Below, piece after piece: positions 1-15,400 of a stretch of 64,000 nucleotides of DNA. The stretch comes from Paragordius varius (Eukaryota; Animalia; Nematomorpha). The stretch is from NCBI GenBank assembly GCA_964247055.1, contig OZ176056.1, positions 5,208,001 through 5,272,000 on the forward strand, given 5' to 3'. Made by a program: the position numbers and the translations under genes. Numbering within the stretch: position 1 is the stretch's first letter; each line of letters opens with the position of its first letter. Below the pieces are notes generated by a model, which saw only the letters and a program-made list of their open reading frames with translations, did no database searches and was not told the origin of the DNA.

Positions 1-3000
1 TAAGAATTTTTTCTAAGTAAATTGAAGATATAAAATTATATTTTTTAAATTTATATAAAATATTAAATAAATTACAATATAAATTAATATTTTATACAAA
101 ATTTTTATATGTTATATTTTCAGAATGAATATTGGCCAAAAAATGTTTATAAATAAAAAGCGATTTTCGTAAAATACACTACAAGTGGTTGGCTTTTTCA
201 TCATGATAATTTTTTATATAAGAATAGTGGATTATGAGATTAACGGAACAGGCTAATCACCACACTTATATATGCATACCAAAATAAAAAAATAAAAAAA
301 ATAATTTTCCAAAAATTTGTTTGAGCCAAATGTGTTAGGACAGATTTTTTGTGATTTATTCCACCAATAAAATCCTATTTAATTGAAAAAATATTTTCTC
401 TGTGAAAATTATTAATTCTGTAAGCAAATATAGATTATTAATTGATTTTATAAATATAAATAAGATTTTTTAAATTATATTTTTGTAATTTTAAAGTTAT
501 TGTCTTATAGTCTAACGATCAATATTTTTTTAAATTCGGCAACCTGACCATCATATAATTATATCTTTAAAAGCAAGATCCAAAAAATTAGAAATCCAGA
601 TTAAAAAGTAAAATAGTTGGATATTTTAAAACTTAAATTTTACACTATGACTTATTTTGCATGGTTAAAATTAATAAAAAAATGTAATGTTGTATAGATT
701 TCATTACATATCAAGATAAAACCAAGTTGGTTGGCAACAAAGACCTTGAAATTAACTACGTATACTACTAAAATATATGTGCTCAATTATTTTATTGGAA
801 AAATGACAAATCATATTTTTTGGTAAAGTTTTTTTAGTTGATGATACTGTTATCAGACCTTCCATCATAAGATTGAGCGAAAAATGTTATCTCATATAAT
901 AATATTATAGAGGTTAATACAGTTTAGGTATACAAGATAACAAGCAGCACATTGATTATGGACATTAGTGAACATCACGTTTTAAGTCAATTATAGAATT
1001 TCAACACTACTTTCTTATACTAATTCAGTTTATGAAAAAGGAATGAATATAAAACTACTATAATCTGTTATTAAATTAAGTAGAAGATCAAATAGTATCC
1101 AATTTTACTTTTCTAACTCACAGTTTAAGTAATGAACAAAATACTGGCTTGAAAGTTGTTTTGGTTGACAAACCCTCTTCTCTATATTAATAAAATTTCC
1201 TAATTTTTCCCTTTTTGACCTCTGAAATCCCAAATTCAGATTGCTTCAGAATAAAAACGAACAGCTAAAATCAATTTTATAAAATTTGCTGTACACATTT
1301 ATATACCCGTATTTATTTAAAAAATTAATAGGAATAAGCGGCGTAAATGTAGGAGATTACGATACTATACATTTTAAATGTATCATGCGCCTAGTATAAG
1401 GAAAGCAATTAAAATTGGTCCAATGCTATAAATATATTTTAAAAATATTATTTTAAATATCTTCTAAATCATGAAGTGTTAATGTATAGAAAAATTGGAT
1501 TCTGGTATGCAAGAATTTTTTACATACCATGAATAAAAAAATATTTTTAAAATGATTCGTTTGTTTTGCAATATATGAATATAGCAACCAACATTGGCGG
1601 TGTCAGAAATTTTAAACACTAATAATGTGGCCCCATAAAAGGAATTTTAAGTCAATTTATCCAAGATATAAATTTAAATTTTTTTATGTGAATGTACTTT
1701 AAATGAATTTATCAATAATTTAAATGCGCGGCATAAATATTATCACCTTGTTCAGAAATTATTAAATCACCGTTTAAATTATCGTAAAATATTGATTATG
1801 CATTTTTTTATACTATGGTAAATTGCTTCAACCTATTTTAAATTTATTAAAAACAAAACTTATCAATAAGAGTATCGGTAATATCAAAATATTTGCATCA
1901 AATCTTTGAACTGAATATTATGAATTACAAACTGAATGTATTACTAACAATGACAAAAAAAGCCTCGCGTCTCAGTCTAAACTGTAATTATATTTTTGAT
2001 GAATATAAATGGATGCTTGAGGAAGAATACCATTTTATAGATATATTATTGCAAAAAATTAATACACCATGTGACAAATTTGTTCTTTAAATGAACTTTA
2101 AGCAATAACGCTCAATCATAATATATTTTGTTTTCGATACCCATCAAATATCAATTTATTTAAGGATGGGATGGTGGTATGACAGGGTAGGAAGGCATAC
2201 ATTGTATTAATAAAAAGATGTTTAAAAAATAAACACTTTTAATACATAATAACATTTGATATTCATGTTTTGTTATGTTTGATAATAATAAGTAATTATT
2301 TGCGTACGTTGTATTAATAATTTCTGGTTATGACGATGAAATCCAAAACGGTCCACAGTTATTATTTTCTACCTCAACACATACTTTTAATAATTAATTT
2401 GCCTATTATAATAAATACCTTTAATATGGGGGAAAAACATGGTCAATGATAATAGCCTTAGATTTTAAACTATTTAATGTATATTGAAACCTCTTCAATT
2501 TTTTTAGGCTTTAGATAAAGATTCCATAAATTAAATGTAGTTTATATATATTTCAGTGTGCCATAACCCTGCAATATTTAAAATAAATAATACAAAAAAA
2601 ATCATTAATGTATATTTAATCAAACATCAATGTTCGAAGTTTATGCATTCTATTTCGATTACAATATTTAACTTTATTTCATGTTAAGATTCAATGATTT
2701 TTTGAAAAAGTAAAAAAACTTTATTTAATACGCCTTAAAGAGTATCGATAGCAGAGGAAAAAGTTAGACTAGTATCTTCATATATTACTCTGTTGTCCTT
2801 GTGAGAAATAAAAAATCAATAAGTCCCGCTTTCATGCAATTTTTTAACAGAGATTTAATCAATCAAACAACAGGAGTGAATATTGTATAAACCTAAATCA
2901 ATTAAATTACATAACGTTGGCAGAAAAAATATTATAATTAGTATTTTTGCGGTCTTTTTGATTTTATTGTAAAGTTAATTAAAATATTTTAATTGAAAAT

Positions 3001-3314
3001 CATATATCATATGGCAAATTTAGGGAATGTATTTTTGTATTAGCTTGTATAGAAAAATTTAGGGGCACAAAAAAATTATTATAAATATATAAATTATTAA
3101 TAAATTTCATTTATAAATCGTAATATATAAAACTTTTCATATCAAAAGATAAAAATTCAAAAAATTAATAAGCTTTTATTACAAAAAGCATCGAAATTAA
3201 CAAGTAAAGCGTTTACAATGCATTAATTTAAAGGAAAACCAAATCAAATTTTTAAAAATATGGTTGTGCCATGTTCAGAAAAAAGATATGTTTTGTTTAA
3301 GAAAGTTTATTTTT

Positions 3315-3438
3315 TGACATACTTATTTTTGGTGCGGATCCTAAAATGAGCATATATACAATAATTTTAGATAATGTGACATACTTATTTTTGGTGCGAA
3401 TCCTAAAATGAGCAAATATACAATGATTTTAGATATTG
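3315..3438. repeat. 62-bp direct tandem duplication
   Basis: tgacatacttatttttggtgcg(g/a)atcctaaaatgagca... starts at 3315 and again at 3377. Confidence 0.8.
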
Positions 3439-3882
3439 TAGTTTAAAAATATCTCTTCCTAAGCACCAGGGATTAAGTATATGTTTGTATAAAAAAAGTA
3501 ACAAAAATTAATAAAACTGATACTTTATTAATTCTTAACCAAACCAATTTTTACGAAACTTATTTTAGATCAGGGGTGTTTCACACAAATGGCTTCACGG
3601 ACCATCATAAATCTATAATTCGATTTGGCTCCTTGTGCACAAAAATCGATGGCGGTCTATAGTATCAACAGTAAGTTGAGTTTTCTTCCAAAACAAATCA
3701 GTTAATGATAATCAAAGATTTTATAAATCAACCTTTTAATTATAAAATATCGTTTTCTAGTTGACATAGCCATTTGATTAACCAACCATTCGAATCCGCT
3801 CCTTGTGCCGATAAGGATGGCGGTCCTAGAGTATAGGTACCAAATTGAATTTTCTTCCAAAACAAATCGGTTTAAAAGATAA

Positions 3883-4110
3883 CACTGTACAATAAATTTT
3901 GCCACTCGAGTTTTTTGCATTCTTTTAACAGTTAATCTTAAATATAGTACACCTAAATATTTTGTATAATTAGATATTTTTAATTATGCGCTCTCTTTAT
4001 CAAAATTTTACTAAAAAATGTATTTCTTTGAAATAAAACAAATGCACATTTGTTATATATCATTCGAAAGAGTAGTAGAAACTCTATAAAATGCATACTA
4101 ATATGTTTTA
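3883..4110 (+). mobile_element. Partial copy of the CACT-terminated DNA transposon family seen at 60720-61815
   Basis: Begins cactgtacaataaattttgccactcgagttttttgcatt and shares the blocks ctctttatcaaaattttactaaaaaa and aaactctataaaatgcatactaatatg with 60720-60975. Confidence 0.65.
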
Positions 4111-6257
4111 CATCGATAGTAATGATAATCAATGCAGTTGCAATGGAGAACCTTTAAATTTTATAGTATCTATTAATAAATTATTACAATCAACACAGCC
4201 ATTTCGTCAACAATTCATTCAATTTTGCTGATTGTGCCTAGAAATAGCTGCTGGTCAAGAGTAACGGTAGCAAATCTCCGTTATACATCTAATTTAGAGA
4301 TAGTTTAAAGAAACATTACCATCAATTGAGTTTTTTTATTCCTACAACAAAGTTTATAATAATACAATTAGTTGAAAACATAAGTTAATTTATATAATCT
4401 CTGATTGGCTCTCATGAAGTTAATTAAAATATACATCACAACATTTATATTTAAGTTACAAATTCTACAGCAAAATAATAACCAAAACCGTTTAATTTAT
4501 ATAAATGAATGTTTATAAAGTATATACTTTTTACTAAATATATATAAATATTGCAATAGTTATGTTAATCCATATAAAAAACATGGTTAAGCCCAAAAAG
4601 CTGTTTTATATTAGTTTCTCTTTTTCTTCTAGTTTTTGTATACCATTCCATTTTATATATCGAAACTAATATTGTCAAGCATCGTACAAAATATAGTTGT
4701 GTTTAAATGAGTACTAAATTAATTAATATCAGTAAATGTACATGAAAATTTGGGTAAGAATAAAGGGCTTCTGAATGTTGTTGATTTCTCATAAAAGTTG
4801 TTGCTACAATAATTTAAGCCCTTATGACCTTTTCACTATTTTGCCCTGGTCATATTGGGGCAGTTTTAGCCAGAGCTTAATTTTGAAATAAACTACAGAT
4901 TAAGTTATCCTAGTTAAAAATAAATTATTAAACATTGCACCCATATATTAGAATAAATAGGTGATATTTTGTACAGTTTTGTATAGAGTTTAAAATTGGG
5001 ACAGTTCCAAAGCACGATTGAATATCGTAAGTCTGAAAACTTTTTGAGTTTTTTTGACCATAATATACACTTTGACTGTTGAATGCAATTTAAAAAAATT
5101 ATAAAGAATAAAAGAAAAAAAATGCTGTATTTTGGCCAAAATCTGACTTTTTATTGGTTGGCGTAAGAATATATCTGTGGTTGAATCTTAATTTGATAGT
5201 TAACATAAGAAAAATCATATTGTGGAGCAAAAAAACAACTTTTCAAATTTACATGCGAATGTTATCTTTAACGAATCATAATTAGCTTTAATATTAATTC
5301 TTGAGATATTAATAATCTAATTGATTCCGCACCACAATGATCACTATTTGTGATATTTTCTACTGACAAATATAAAAGAAAAACCTGAAACTTTACCAAT
5401 GAAATACTAAAAGTTCGGATTTTCTTCAAATATTACGGTTTTGTGCGATAATTACAGTATTCTTATAATATGTCTCTTTATCTGCACGGATAGTTGCGTA
5501 TCCATGGTAAATAATAAAGAAATGTCTTTGTTTCGCAGATAATTATAGTAAAAACTAATTATGCCGACTAAAAGTAAAAAAGGGATAATAAAAGACAACC
5601 AACCATACTTTAAATCTTAATTTTTCTTTTATAAAATATTGAAATTAAATATTTCATTGATTGTGATACCAATTTTCTTTTATATATTTTAAGTTTAAAG
5701 CAAGGTATATTTGAAAAAATAAAGTTTAAAAAAGTATAGCGGTCGTTTGAAAAATATATAGATCTATATTTTATTACCTTTTGTCTATATATTTTAGTAC
5801 TGTTCTAATCAGTCCATGTTTCATTCATCCAAGGACTCAATTCATAAATCTATAGGGTGGTTGATATAATCAACACGACACAGAAATTACCGTTTTATAT
5901 TAAAATATATTTTATAGAGCAAAATTATCACTGCAGGAGATGGTTAATTTATTATAAAACAAGCAGTATTGTACAAAGATATTAATAACGAATGGCGTCA
6001 AGTTATGTTTCGTGTTCGCCACAACTTACGTCTGCGAGTCCATATATTGAAAAATAATAAAAATATATAAATTTAATAGGTCTCAATATAAGACGTATTA
6101 AGATTGGCCATAATCTTAAAACAGATTTGTTGATAGGTGTTGCTGATGAAATAGTTGCCTTATGTAAATTTTAAACTAAATGGCACAAAAAATATATATG
6201 CTGTATTTTATATACGATTCGTAAATCCCGGTGTATGGTGCAGTTAAAACAACTGTC

Positions 6258-6282
6258 TATATATATATATATATATATATAT
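6258..6282. repeat. (TA)n microsatellite upstream of the CSTF3 start
   Basis: Perfect TA run. Confidence 0.9.
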
Positions 6283-6409
6283 GTCAACCACCTATTCAAT
6301 ATTTGCGATATTATGTAATAAATGACCCTTGAAAGAATTTTTTAAGCCCGTCCAATTTTATATTTTTTTATCATATTTAACTCGTTCATTCATTATCTTA
6401 CATGCCCCA

Positions 6410-9400
6410 ATGGTTACCGATGCCAAATTAAAAAAAGCTTATTCCGAAATTGAAAACGGCTCTTCTGCAAGCGATATTGAATCTTGGAATATTATTTTGA
6501 AAGATATCAAAGTTATACATTATACTTTAACATTGGATTTTTGTGGTTACATTATAATATTAATAAAATCTATATTTTTATATATGTCTTCAATTGTTTT
6601 TTTATTTTTCTGAGATAGTATTATACTTTTTTAGTATCAATTTGTTGATATGGCTTATTTTGATATTGTTTGCTTTTTTAATTACAAGCATTAAAGATTT
6701 TTATCACATTTTAATACTCTTAAAATTTGATAATATTAAATTTATTTTACTCTATAATGGGGCAGCATTTGTTATTTTACTTAATTTGGTGCTAAAATAC
6801 ATAAGTTTTACCAGGTTCTTAGAAAAATTATGCCCAATCTTGTCATTGATCGTTTAATTTGTGACTACTGTTCACTTAGCCTCTGATACAACAAATCTAC
6901 TTATAAGTTGCAAGTTTTTTAATTATTTACACTCTGAGTTTTCCAAAAATATAATATTTTGTTTGTGCTTTGATTACATATCTAGTTTTTTTTAGCAATT
7001 TTGTAATAATTAATATTGTAATATTAAGTAAAAATATTTAATTAGACGATAATATCTATTATTAGTTCAATAATTTATTATCTTTTATAAAATTTGTAGT
7101 ATTTAAAATGTTTATTATTCAATATTCCATTTATTTCATGTTATAAACTTATATATATATATATATGACATTATTTATAAAAAACCATTTTTTGACTTTA
7201 TTTTGGGGCAGCTTCCGGCCCGCATGTTAGACACCTCTTTTACCTGTTTGAGATAACTAAAAAGTTATCATAATACTGATAATCAGCTGTTTGGCGTTAA
7301 ATATTTTATGCATTTACCGTTTATGTCGGCTTTCAACCCAATTTTTTACAAAAAGCTTTTTATTGAAGTCTAAAAAATTGAATTCATTAAACGTGTATAA
7401 CCACTAATAATATGACACCTTCGGATAATATGATTAAAATCTTTTTACCGTTTATTGACATATCTAGTTTGGGGTCACATGGAATTACAAGAATTTATAC
7501 ATTATTTCAAGATATTTGAAAACAGAACCACAATTGCTAATATATCAATATATAGCCGTTGTTAGGATACAATAGTTTTAATGCATTAAATTATATATCA
7601 GTAGTATAAATTTGGATTTAAAGGATGGTATTTATGTTACACATTATATAATCATATTACTCATTAAATATGGTATATTTTACGAAATGCTAATTAAATG
7701 CCACTCCAGACTTACTGTAATTCCATATAATTTGTTTTCAAATTGGCTTAATAAAACACAATCAATATATTATATTTCATCTAAAGCCAAATAAAAAGAT
7801 GATAAATTTATCAAAAGACAGGATATCATATTATTTGCAAAAGGAGAGACCTTTATAATTTTATAACATTTTCGGTTAGGCTTATCTATATTATCTGAGG
7901 TGTTTCCAAAATGATTTTATACACTATTTGGAAATGAAACTTCTTTCAATCGAATTAAGAAATGCAAATTCAGTAATAATTTTTTGCATATTAACAAAAA
8001 CAGATGTGCCAACCGAAATTATTCCATAAAAATAATGGAATAGTTAATGAGGGTTTGGCGCTCTCAGGTGATCTCTGCAAAAAATATATAATACATATCA
8101 GACAGGAAGATAACAAAAAACCGACTAATACATACTATTTCATTAATATCATGCTAATGTGTCATGCACAGATTTTATGCTCATATTTCTGTTAATTAAA
8201 ATGAATGATTTTAACTTATTATGTTATACTCTAATTTTAAGCTATAAATCGTCGTCATACCTATAAATTTTACATAAGAGAAAACTAATGAACGCAACTT
8301 TTAAGACTGGACACCCCAAGTCAATTGCGTGGTCATGATAATAACACTTTCAAATAAAGGAGTTGGTTACATACAGTGATGGAATAATTAGTGATTATTT
8401 ATGATGTTTTAAAAAGAAATATATTTATGTATATATTTAATTTTTGCCCTTAGCGGGCATATCGCCTCATTTGGGTATTAATTTTATTAATTTATGGGGT
8501 ACAATATGGTTTTTGTATGGCACACAAACTTTTTAATTTTGACTTTGCATAGTATACTTTAACATGAGATTAAATATTTTTATATTAAGCGAGGATTTAT
8601 TAATGATATGGTTAATAAAAATTTGAGTCTACGCTCTTTTATATTTTATATGTGATGAAATGGATCGAATCTGGTTTGATACCAATTTACATATTTTTAA
8701 TTCTGGTGTTTTATGCATCACAGGTACAATTTTTTTATCCTTTTTCAAAGGAACAATAACCTATGTATCTCCAAAACCTATATTTTTATTAATTTAATTA
8801 TAAATTATATTTTGTCTTTGATTGAATATTAGTGCTAAATATGTAATTCAAATAGAAAAGTTATACTAGAAAAAGGAATCGGAACTCATTTATTTTTAGA
8901 GAAAAAAGTTTTAACTGGAACCAAATATTTTCGGAAAATAAGGAGCTGGAGTTACGGAAAAAGATGAAAAATTGTCGTGGGACTGAAACCAAAAATGATT
9001 CTACGAATCTTAACCCATATAATTGATATCAATTATAAACGCATATCATACTGTGAATTAGCGTACTTTTAATTTAGCGTAACTTGATTAGGGGTTGATT
9101 GTATTTTACATTATGCTGCTTTGTTACATTATTATATTGTGATATCTCAATCAATAATATATATGCCGTCAAATATTCTTAAATTAGGTAAGTCGCTATT
9201 AAGGAAAATCTATCTTTTTATTTTAACGTTATAAGATAAATAAAACAGTTTTTGCAACAACTAAGGAAACGAGAAATATTGTTAATAATATAACCCACCA
9301 TGATAGTCTATTAGGATTTTTTCGAATCTTTAATCATGTCTCCTATTACCTTTACCTTTCTCCTTCCAACCGATGTAAGCGTATTAGAATTATTAATTTT

Positions 9401-12400
9401 TTTACATCAAATGTAAATGGAGATTCTAAATTTTTCGAAGAGCAGATTGCCAAGTTCGACGCGGTCAGCCTTGTTTATTTCTATGCCTAGGTGAGTATAA
9501 TTGGATTAGCTTTATCCAGTTTGAACTTTGGGCTCTATAGATGTGAACAGCCCAGCTTAAACGATATTATCTATAAGCGGCATTAAGTAAGGGCAAAATT
9601 TGGATCAAAAATCATAGATGTTTGGATTATGTGTAAAAAGAACTGCATTCAGAATTTTCTGCCTTTCGCAGTGAATGGGTATATTGATATTAAATATACA
9701 AGAGAGAGGATAGACATTGTATAAGTAACTTTACTTTTTACTAATTTGTTTAATTTTGGTGAAAAAAATACCATTGCAAATATCTTCAAGTCGTTGAATG
9801 ATTTACATATTTCATCTGTATATAATGTCACTGCTAAAATATCCGTAAAGGCTCATGCCTGAACGAATGAATGAGAATATTAACTGTAGTCTACTATAAG
9901 CCACCACATTTACAGTTCAAATTCACGCTTAAACAATTCGAATTCACGCTTGAACAATCCAAATTCACCCTCGAACAATTCAAATTCACCCTAAAATAAA
10001 TTATGTATTCTTCAAGATTAAAAATTACTTATATTTTTTTATATTTTTGAAAATGAAATTTCGATTAAAATTAATATAATACTGAAAAAATAATTAACTA
10101 TGCCATAAGAATATATTTCTCTTTAATGATTAGCCCGAAAACACACATTTTATTTTTAGGGTGAATTTGGATTGTTAATATTAAATTGTTCAATGGTGAA
10201 TTTGAATTGTAAATGGTATATTTATTATATTATTATTTATGTTAAACATGTTCATATATTTATGATTTGTATCTATGAATCGATATAAACCGAATATTAT
10301 TATCATAAACCCTTTATATTTACATAATATGCTGTTAACAAATATTTATAAAATGAGCCCAGAGTACTAATGATATAATTTAGAATTTTTCCATTTTTTG
10401 TGATAGGTATACCCATAAGTCTAGTTAAGAAAATATTTTGCCCGGAAATATTTTATAAATTTAATTATAGGCGATATGCAGCTTATCTTAGTGTATAAGG
10501 TGGCCAACACATGGGCCGCTTGTGGCCTTCCAAAATATTTTTGCAGCCCGCGAGAAATTTCAAATTTATTTTTTTTACAAAATCTAAATAAAATTAATTT
10601 TCTTAAACAAATTATCTGAATAAATCATACCGAATTTCGGCAATGAACTAGCAAAAATTGTTATCAATAGTAGTTTAGTTTTTACAGTCTTATGTTTGAA
10701 ATGAAATGAATAAAATATTTCTCAATTCCCATATTATTTTCGAATGCGGTTTGGATTTTAAAATGCGGCCCGCGAACCTGATTGGATGCACGAAATTTAA
10801 TCTAGAAATTCTGTATCAAACTGTAATTAAGACCATAATTATAATTAACTGATATTGATGGAAAAACGAAACATAACTTGCCATTTTACGATGTATATTT
10901 TTTCATTATTTTTTACCTTTATATAAATAACCATAAATTGCCAAATTTAAATTTAATTCAAATATAGTTTAAATTTATTAACCCCTATATTTTTATTGTT
11001 AAATTAAAATTTGTTAAGTTAAAAAAATTTAAATTGTTAACATCCTTCATAATTGCCAAAAATTAATTAGAATTTTTGAATCGAATATTAAGGTAAGCAT
11101 AGTTCTCAAACGTAAAATATTTTTTATGTGATTGTTGCATCCGTTTTGGACTATTATTATTCTGATATATCATCACATCGAATTCACCCTCAAACAATTT
11201 AAAGGCAGCCTTAATCAATTATGTGTTTTTTAAGATTAAAAATTACATATATTTTTTTATATTTTTAAAAATAAAATTTTGTTAAGATTAAAACAATAAG
11301 CGATAAAAATATACTTCCTATTAATAATGACTTATATAGCCCGAAAATACTTAATTTATTTTTTGGTTGAATTTGAATTGTAAAGTGTAATTTCAAAAAG
11401 AATATGCAGTTATATACATTTAGATTAATATGCTTAATTATTTTCATATTACAGTAAATGTTAATTTTTAATATCAAGAATTTTTTATTTAATCCATGTG
11501 GCATTTTTTATCCTTTTAAAAGTTGTTTTACAAGCATATAAAAAATAACACTTACATATATATTTAAATGTACTTACATGTCCCTTTTCGGTACACATAT
11601 ATGAGAGATATATATGCAATATGTTCCTCTTCTCGCTTTATTTCTTATTTGAGAAATGGTAACATTGCATATGTGTTTTGCCTACTTTGATAAATATTTA
11701 GGTTTGATATAACATTTTTTATAAAATTAGGTATTAATCAGTATGTTATGTGTTGTGCATACTTTGATTTTTAATTTATAAGTTTATATATTTTTTTTAT
11801 ATAAAATATTAGGTTTTTATTATTTTGTCAAAAAGATAACCCAGACTCCAGAGATCAAAAAAAGTCAGGAAAGATGCCATTTCAATGTGGAAGAATTGAT
11901 TGAAAACTTAACTCAAATTCTTGAAAATATTCAGCACATTCATTTTCTTAAGTATTATGAGCACACCGAAAAAATTGTCAAAAATATTTGCTTAAATAAA
12001 TTACCACTTGTAAAATAATTAATTATAAATGGTATTATTTTACCATTTTTCGTGACATTTCTCAGTTTAAGTAATTTCAAGTGATATAGTGTTTTCAAAA
12101 AAAGTCAGCAAAATCAAATCAATATTTAAATTTGTATAATACAATTTTATTACGCACGTAAGCGATTTATATGTTAATTTCAAATATATTTTTCTTTTCT
12201 GAAATATTTTTTAATTAATTATTATAAACTTAATTTTTTATAAAAAAAATTATATATAAAACCTAAAAAATTATTTAATGAAGTAGGCACAACACATATG
12301 CAATGTTACCATTTCTATAATGAGATATGTAGCGAAAAGGGGAACATATTGCAATGTTAATATATCTCTCATATATGTGTACAATAGACCCATTCATTTA

Positions 12401-15400
12401 ATTTTTAATATATAACAATAAAATCCTTCTTTAAAATTTATTAAAAAGTCTATTTACATTATATATAGAACAAATCGATCGATAAATGTCGAGAAGTGTA
12501 TGAAAAACTATTAATCGCATTTCCAAACCAAGGGAAGTTTTGGAAATCGTACATTGACGCTGAAATGAAGGCCAAAAATTACGAAAATGTTGAAAAGGTT
12601 ATTAAAATAAAACAAAATAAAATTATAATTGGTTATAACACATTTTTTTACAACCTGTTAATTAATTAACAATTTATTTTACGACTTGTTGTGGATAACA
12701 TTTTTAATATTTTCTAACTGTTTATTTAAATAGCAATCAACCACGGTCATGAATACAGTTATAAAAACCTATCAATCCTTAACCTATGAAAAATGTTTAT
12801 TTTTAGATGTCCATAACATAATATAATATATAAAGTTTACATTTTTTGATATAGTTTTTAATGTATTTCATAAATTATATAGTTGTTTCAAAGATCACTG
12901 ATAAAAATTTTGAACATTGATTTATGGATATGTTATTTGAGTTACATCAAGGAAGCCAAAGCTAATTTACCCAGCTACAAGTATGAGAGTTAATTTTATA
13001 ATTTATGCATTAAGATTGGTTTTTACAAACCCCATTTTTTAATTTTATTTATCTAAATTCTATATTAGAGAAAAGTTGGCCCAAGCTTATGAGTTTGCTA
13101 TCGAAAAAGTGGGTTTGGATTACAAAAGTCAACCTATATGGCAAGGACAGATTGATTTTCTGAAAAACATGTAATTATTCTCATTTGTCTTGTCCTGCCT
13201 TTAGATATATAATTTATTAGTTAGATGATTTTATCTGTTCTTTTATGTGATTACAATCGATTTATTTAGAGAAGCGGTCGGATCTTATGCTGAAAATCAA
13301 CGTATTTCAGCTATTCGTAAGGTATATCACCGCGGTTGTTTAACACCTCATCAAAATATGGAACAATTTTGGCGTGATTATCTGGCCTTTGAACAGGTAT
13401 GTAACTTAATTTTATCAAACCTAAATAAAAGCTCTGCTATTGAATTCTTTTATATCATGCATAATGGGTGTTTTACCAACAATTAAAATTTGCCATATTA
13501 ATACTCCAATGTACACCGTAACATTTTTGAAATTTTTTGTATAAAGCCAATTTTCACGCATGAAATCATGTGCTTAAAATCGGCAAGACATCCGAATTCG
13601 ATAATTATCATAAAAGGAGAGTAACATTATTTTACATTATTGTATACTATAAAAATATTTAAAAATATGTTTCTTTTTTGTAATTATTAATTTTTTTGTT
13701 GTTGAAGTTTTTTTATTTGTATGCTAACTATGTAATTTAAAGAGTTTTAATTCATACTTCATCAAAAATCATTGTTATACATATACTAGCGTAGCCATAA
13801 GTTCCTTATATTTTTTTTATGATTGTTATACAAAGTAAATATTAATATTCAAAATTTATCAAAATTGACAACATTTATAAAGGTTAATTTTTAAGTAGAT
13901 TTTATTTTATTATTATAGATATTTAATTTTTTTTGTAAAGAGGGTAAGGGAGAGGGAAGGCAAGCAAGCCACCCTCGTTTTATTATTGCCAAAAAATAGT
14001 TTTACTATATGCAATTGACGCACCCTTTCAAATTGGGGTGCTGGAACGTACCTTCATTAACAGAAACCAAACAGGTTATAATTGAAAGGGAAATGGAAAG
14101 ATTGAACTTAGATATACTGGGTCTAACGGAAACTAAGCAAAAAGGTAGCTCGAAAGCACAAAACGAAAATTATACACTGTTAAGATCAGGGAGAGAGGAG
14201 CAGAAATCAGAAGGCGTTGCAGTATTAATAAAAAACAAATTAAATAAAAGTCTCATTAGTTATACTATACCCAGAATCATGAGTATTAGGCTGAATGCTA
14301 AGCCACTTAAATTTACATAGATAGTAGTCTATGCTCCTACGTCAAACGCTCCCAAAGAAGACATAGAGATTTTTATGCAAAGTTGCAAACAGTTTTGGAT
14401 GAAACTAAGAAAGGAGATATGTTTATCATAGGAGGTGATTAGAACATCAAAGTTGGTAGAGTAGATCAAATAGTTGGCCCATATGGATTGGGAGAACGAA
14501 ACGAGGATGGGGAGGCACCGATCAATTTTTGCGAAGAAAATGAGATGATGATACCCAACACATGGTTTCCACAACACAATAGGAGGTTATACACATGGAC
14601 CTCTCCATGTGGTAAATATAAGAACCAAATCGATTACATAATATGTCCACAAAAATGGAAAAGCTCCATACTCGATACCAAAACAAGCAAAAGCAGCGCT
14701 TGCTCTAGCGATCATGAGCTTTTAGTAACCAAAATCAAGCTTAAAATAATTAAAAATAAGGTTAAACAGACACACAGATATGACACTTTTTAGAACAAAA
14801 ACAAAAGATAGATTAGAAAGATTGGGCAACGAATGTAGCTCAGAACATGGGGATAAAAAAATTTATATATAAAATGGCAAAAGAAAAAGTGCAGAGGGTA
14901 AAGAGGAAATATAATAAATGGATATCAGAAAAGAGTTTAGAGATAGCAGAAAAGCGGATAAAAGCTAAATCAAGAGATGATAATAAAATGGTTTAATTAT
15001 ATAACAGAAATTTCAATGACAAACAAGGAAAGATTATGAAGATTGAATGTCTGGAAGTGGAATAACTGTAGTAAATCGAGAAACCGTAAAACAATAAGAT
15101 TTATTGAGATAAATTGCAATTAACTAAACTATATACAGTTTACGATGTTTATATACTTTTTGTGGATATAATATTTACATGTTAAACTAAGGTAAAATAA
15201 CGTGTGCAGGTTAAATACAAAATTAATACAATAGTTTAACTCATATATAAAAGGTCATCAAAATGTATTCAAATCTAATATATAAATTAGTCTCGTCTAA
15301 GGTTAACTAACTTGATGTATTCTAATCTATCATATCTCCTTATCCAAATCCAAGCCGATCTGGTGCTTTTCTTTCCCTAAGAGGATATCTCCTTTCAGGT

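Noticed and set aside
120-2400. Scattered exon-like patches and ORF 1893-2090
   Set aside because: No consistent splice chain or recognisable protein could be built.
5880-6180. Coding-like fragments (EWRQVMFRVRHNLRL; IGHNLKTDL resembling an exonuclease II motif)
   Set aside because: Short, interrupted by stops, with no supporting motifs.
6329-6857. ORFs 6329-6613 and 6594-6857 as independent membrane proteins
   Set aside because: The first is CSTF3 exon 1 plus read-through into the intron; the second is AT-rich intron giving spurious hydrophobic translation.
9163-9490. Two-exon [12 protein letters not shown]...[23 protein letters not shown] with faint MRPL43- or thioredoxin-like spacing
   Set aside because: The similarity is only a few residues, the frame stops before any catalytic or conserved segment, and it is on the same strand inside the CSTF3 intron.
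9410-9665. Possible intronic RNase P RNA or U1-like snRNA (aactgcattcagaat resembles CR-V; the reverse strand has atactcacctagg)
   Set aside because: No convincing CR-I/P4 partner was found, and the U1-like match is just the complement of a donor-like GTGAGTAT.
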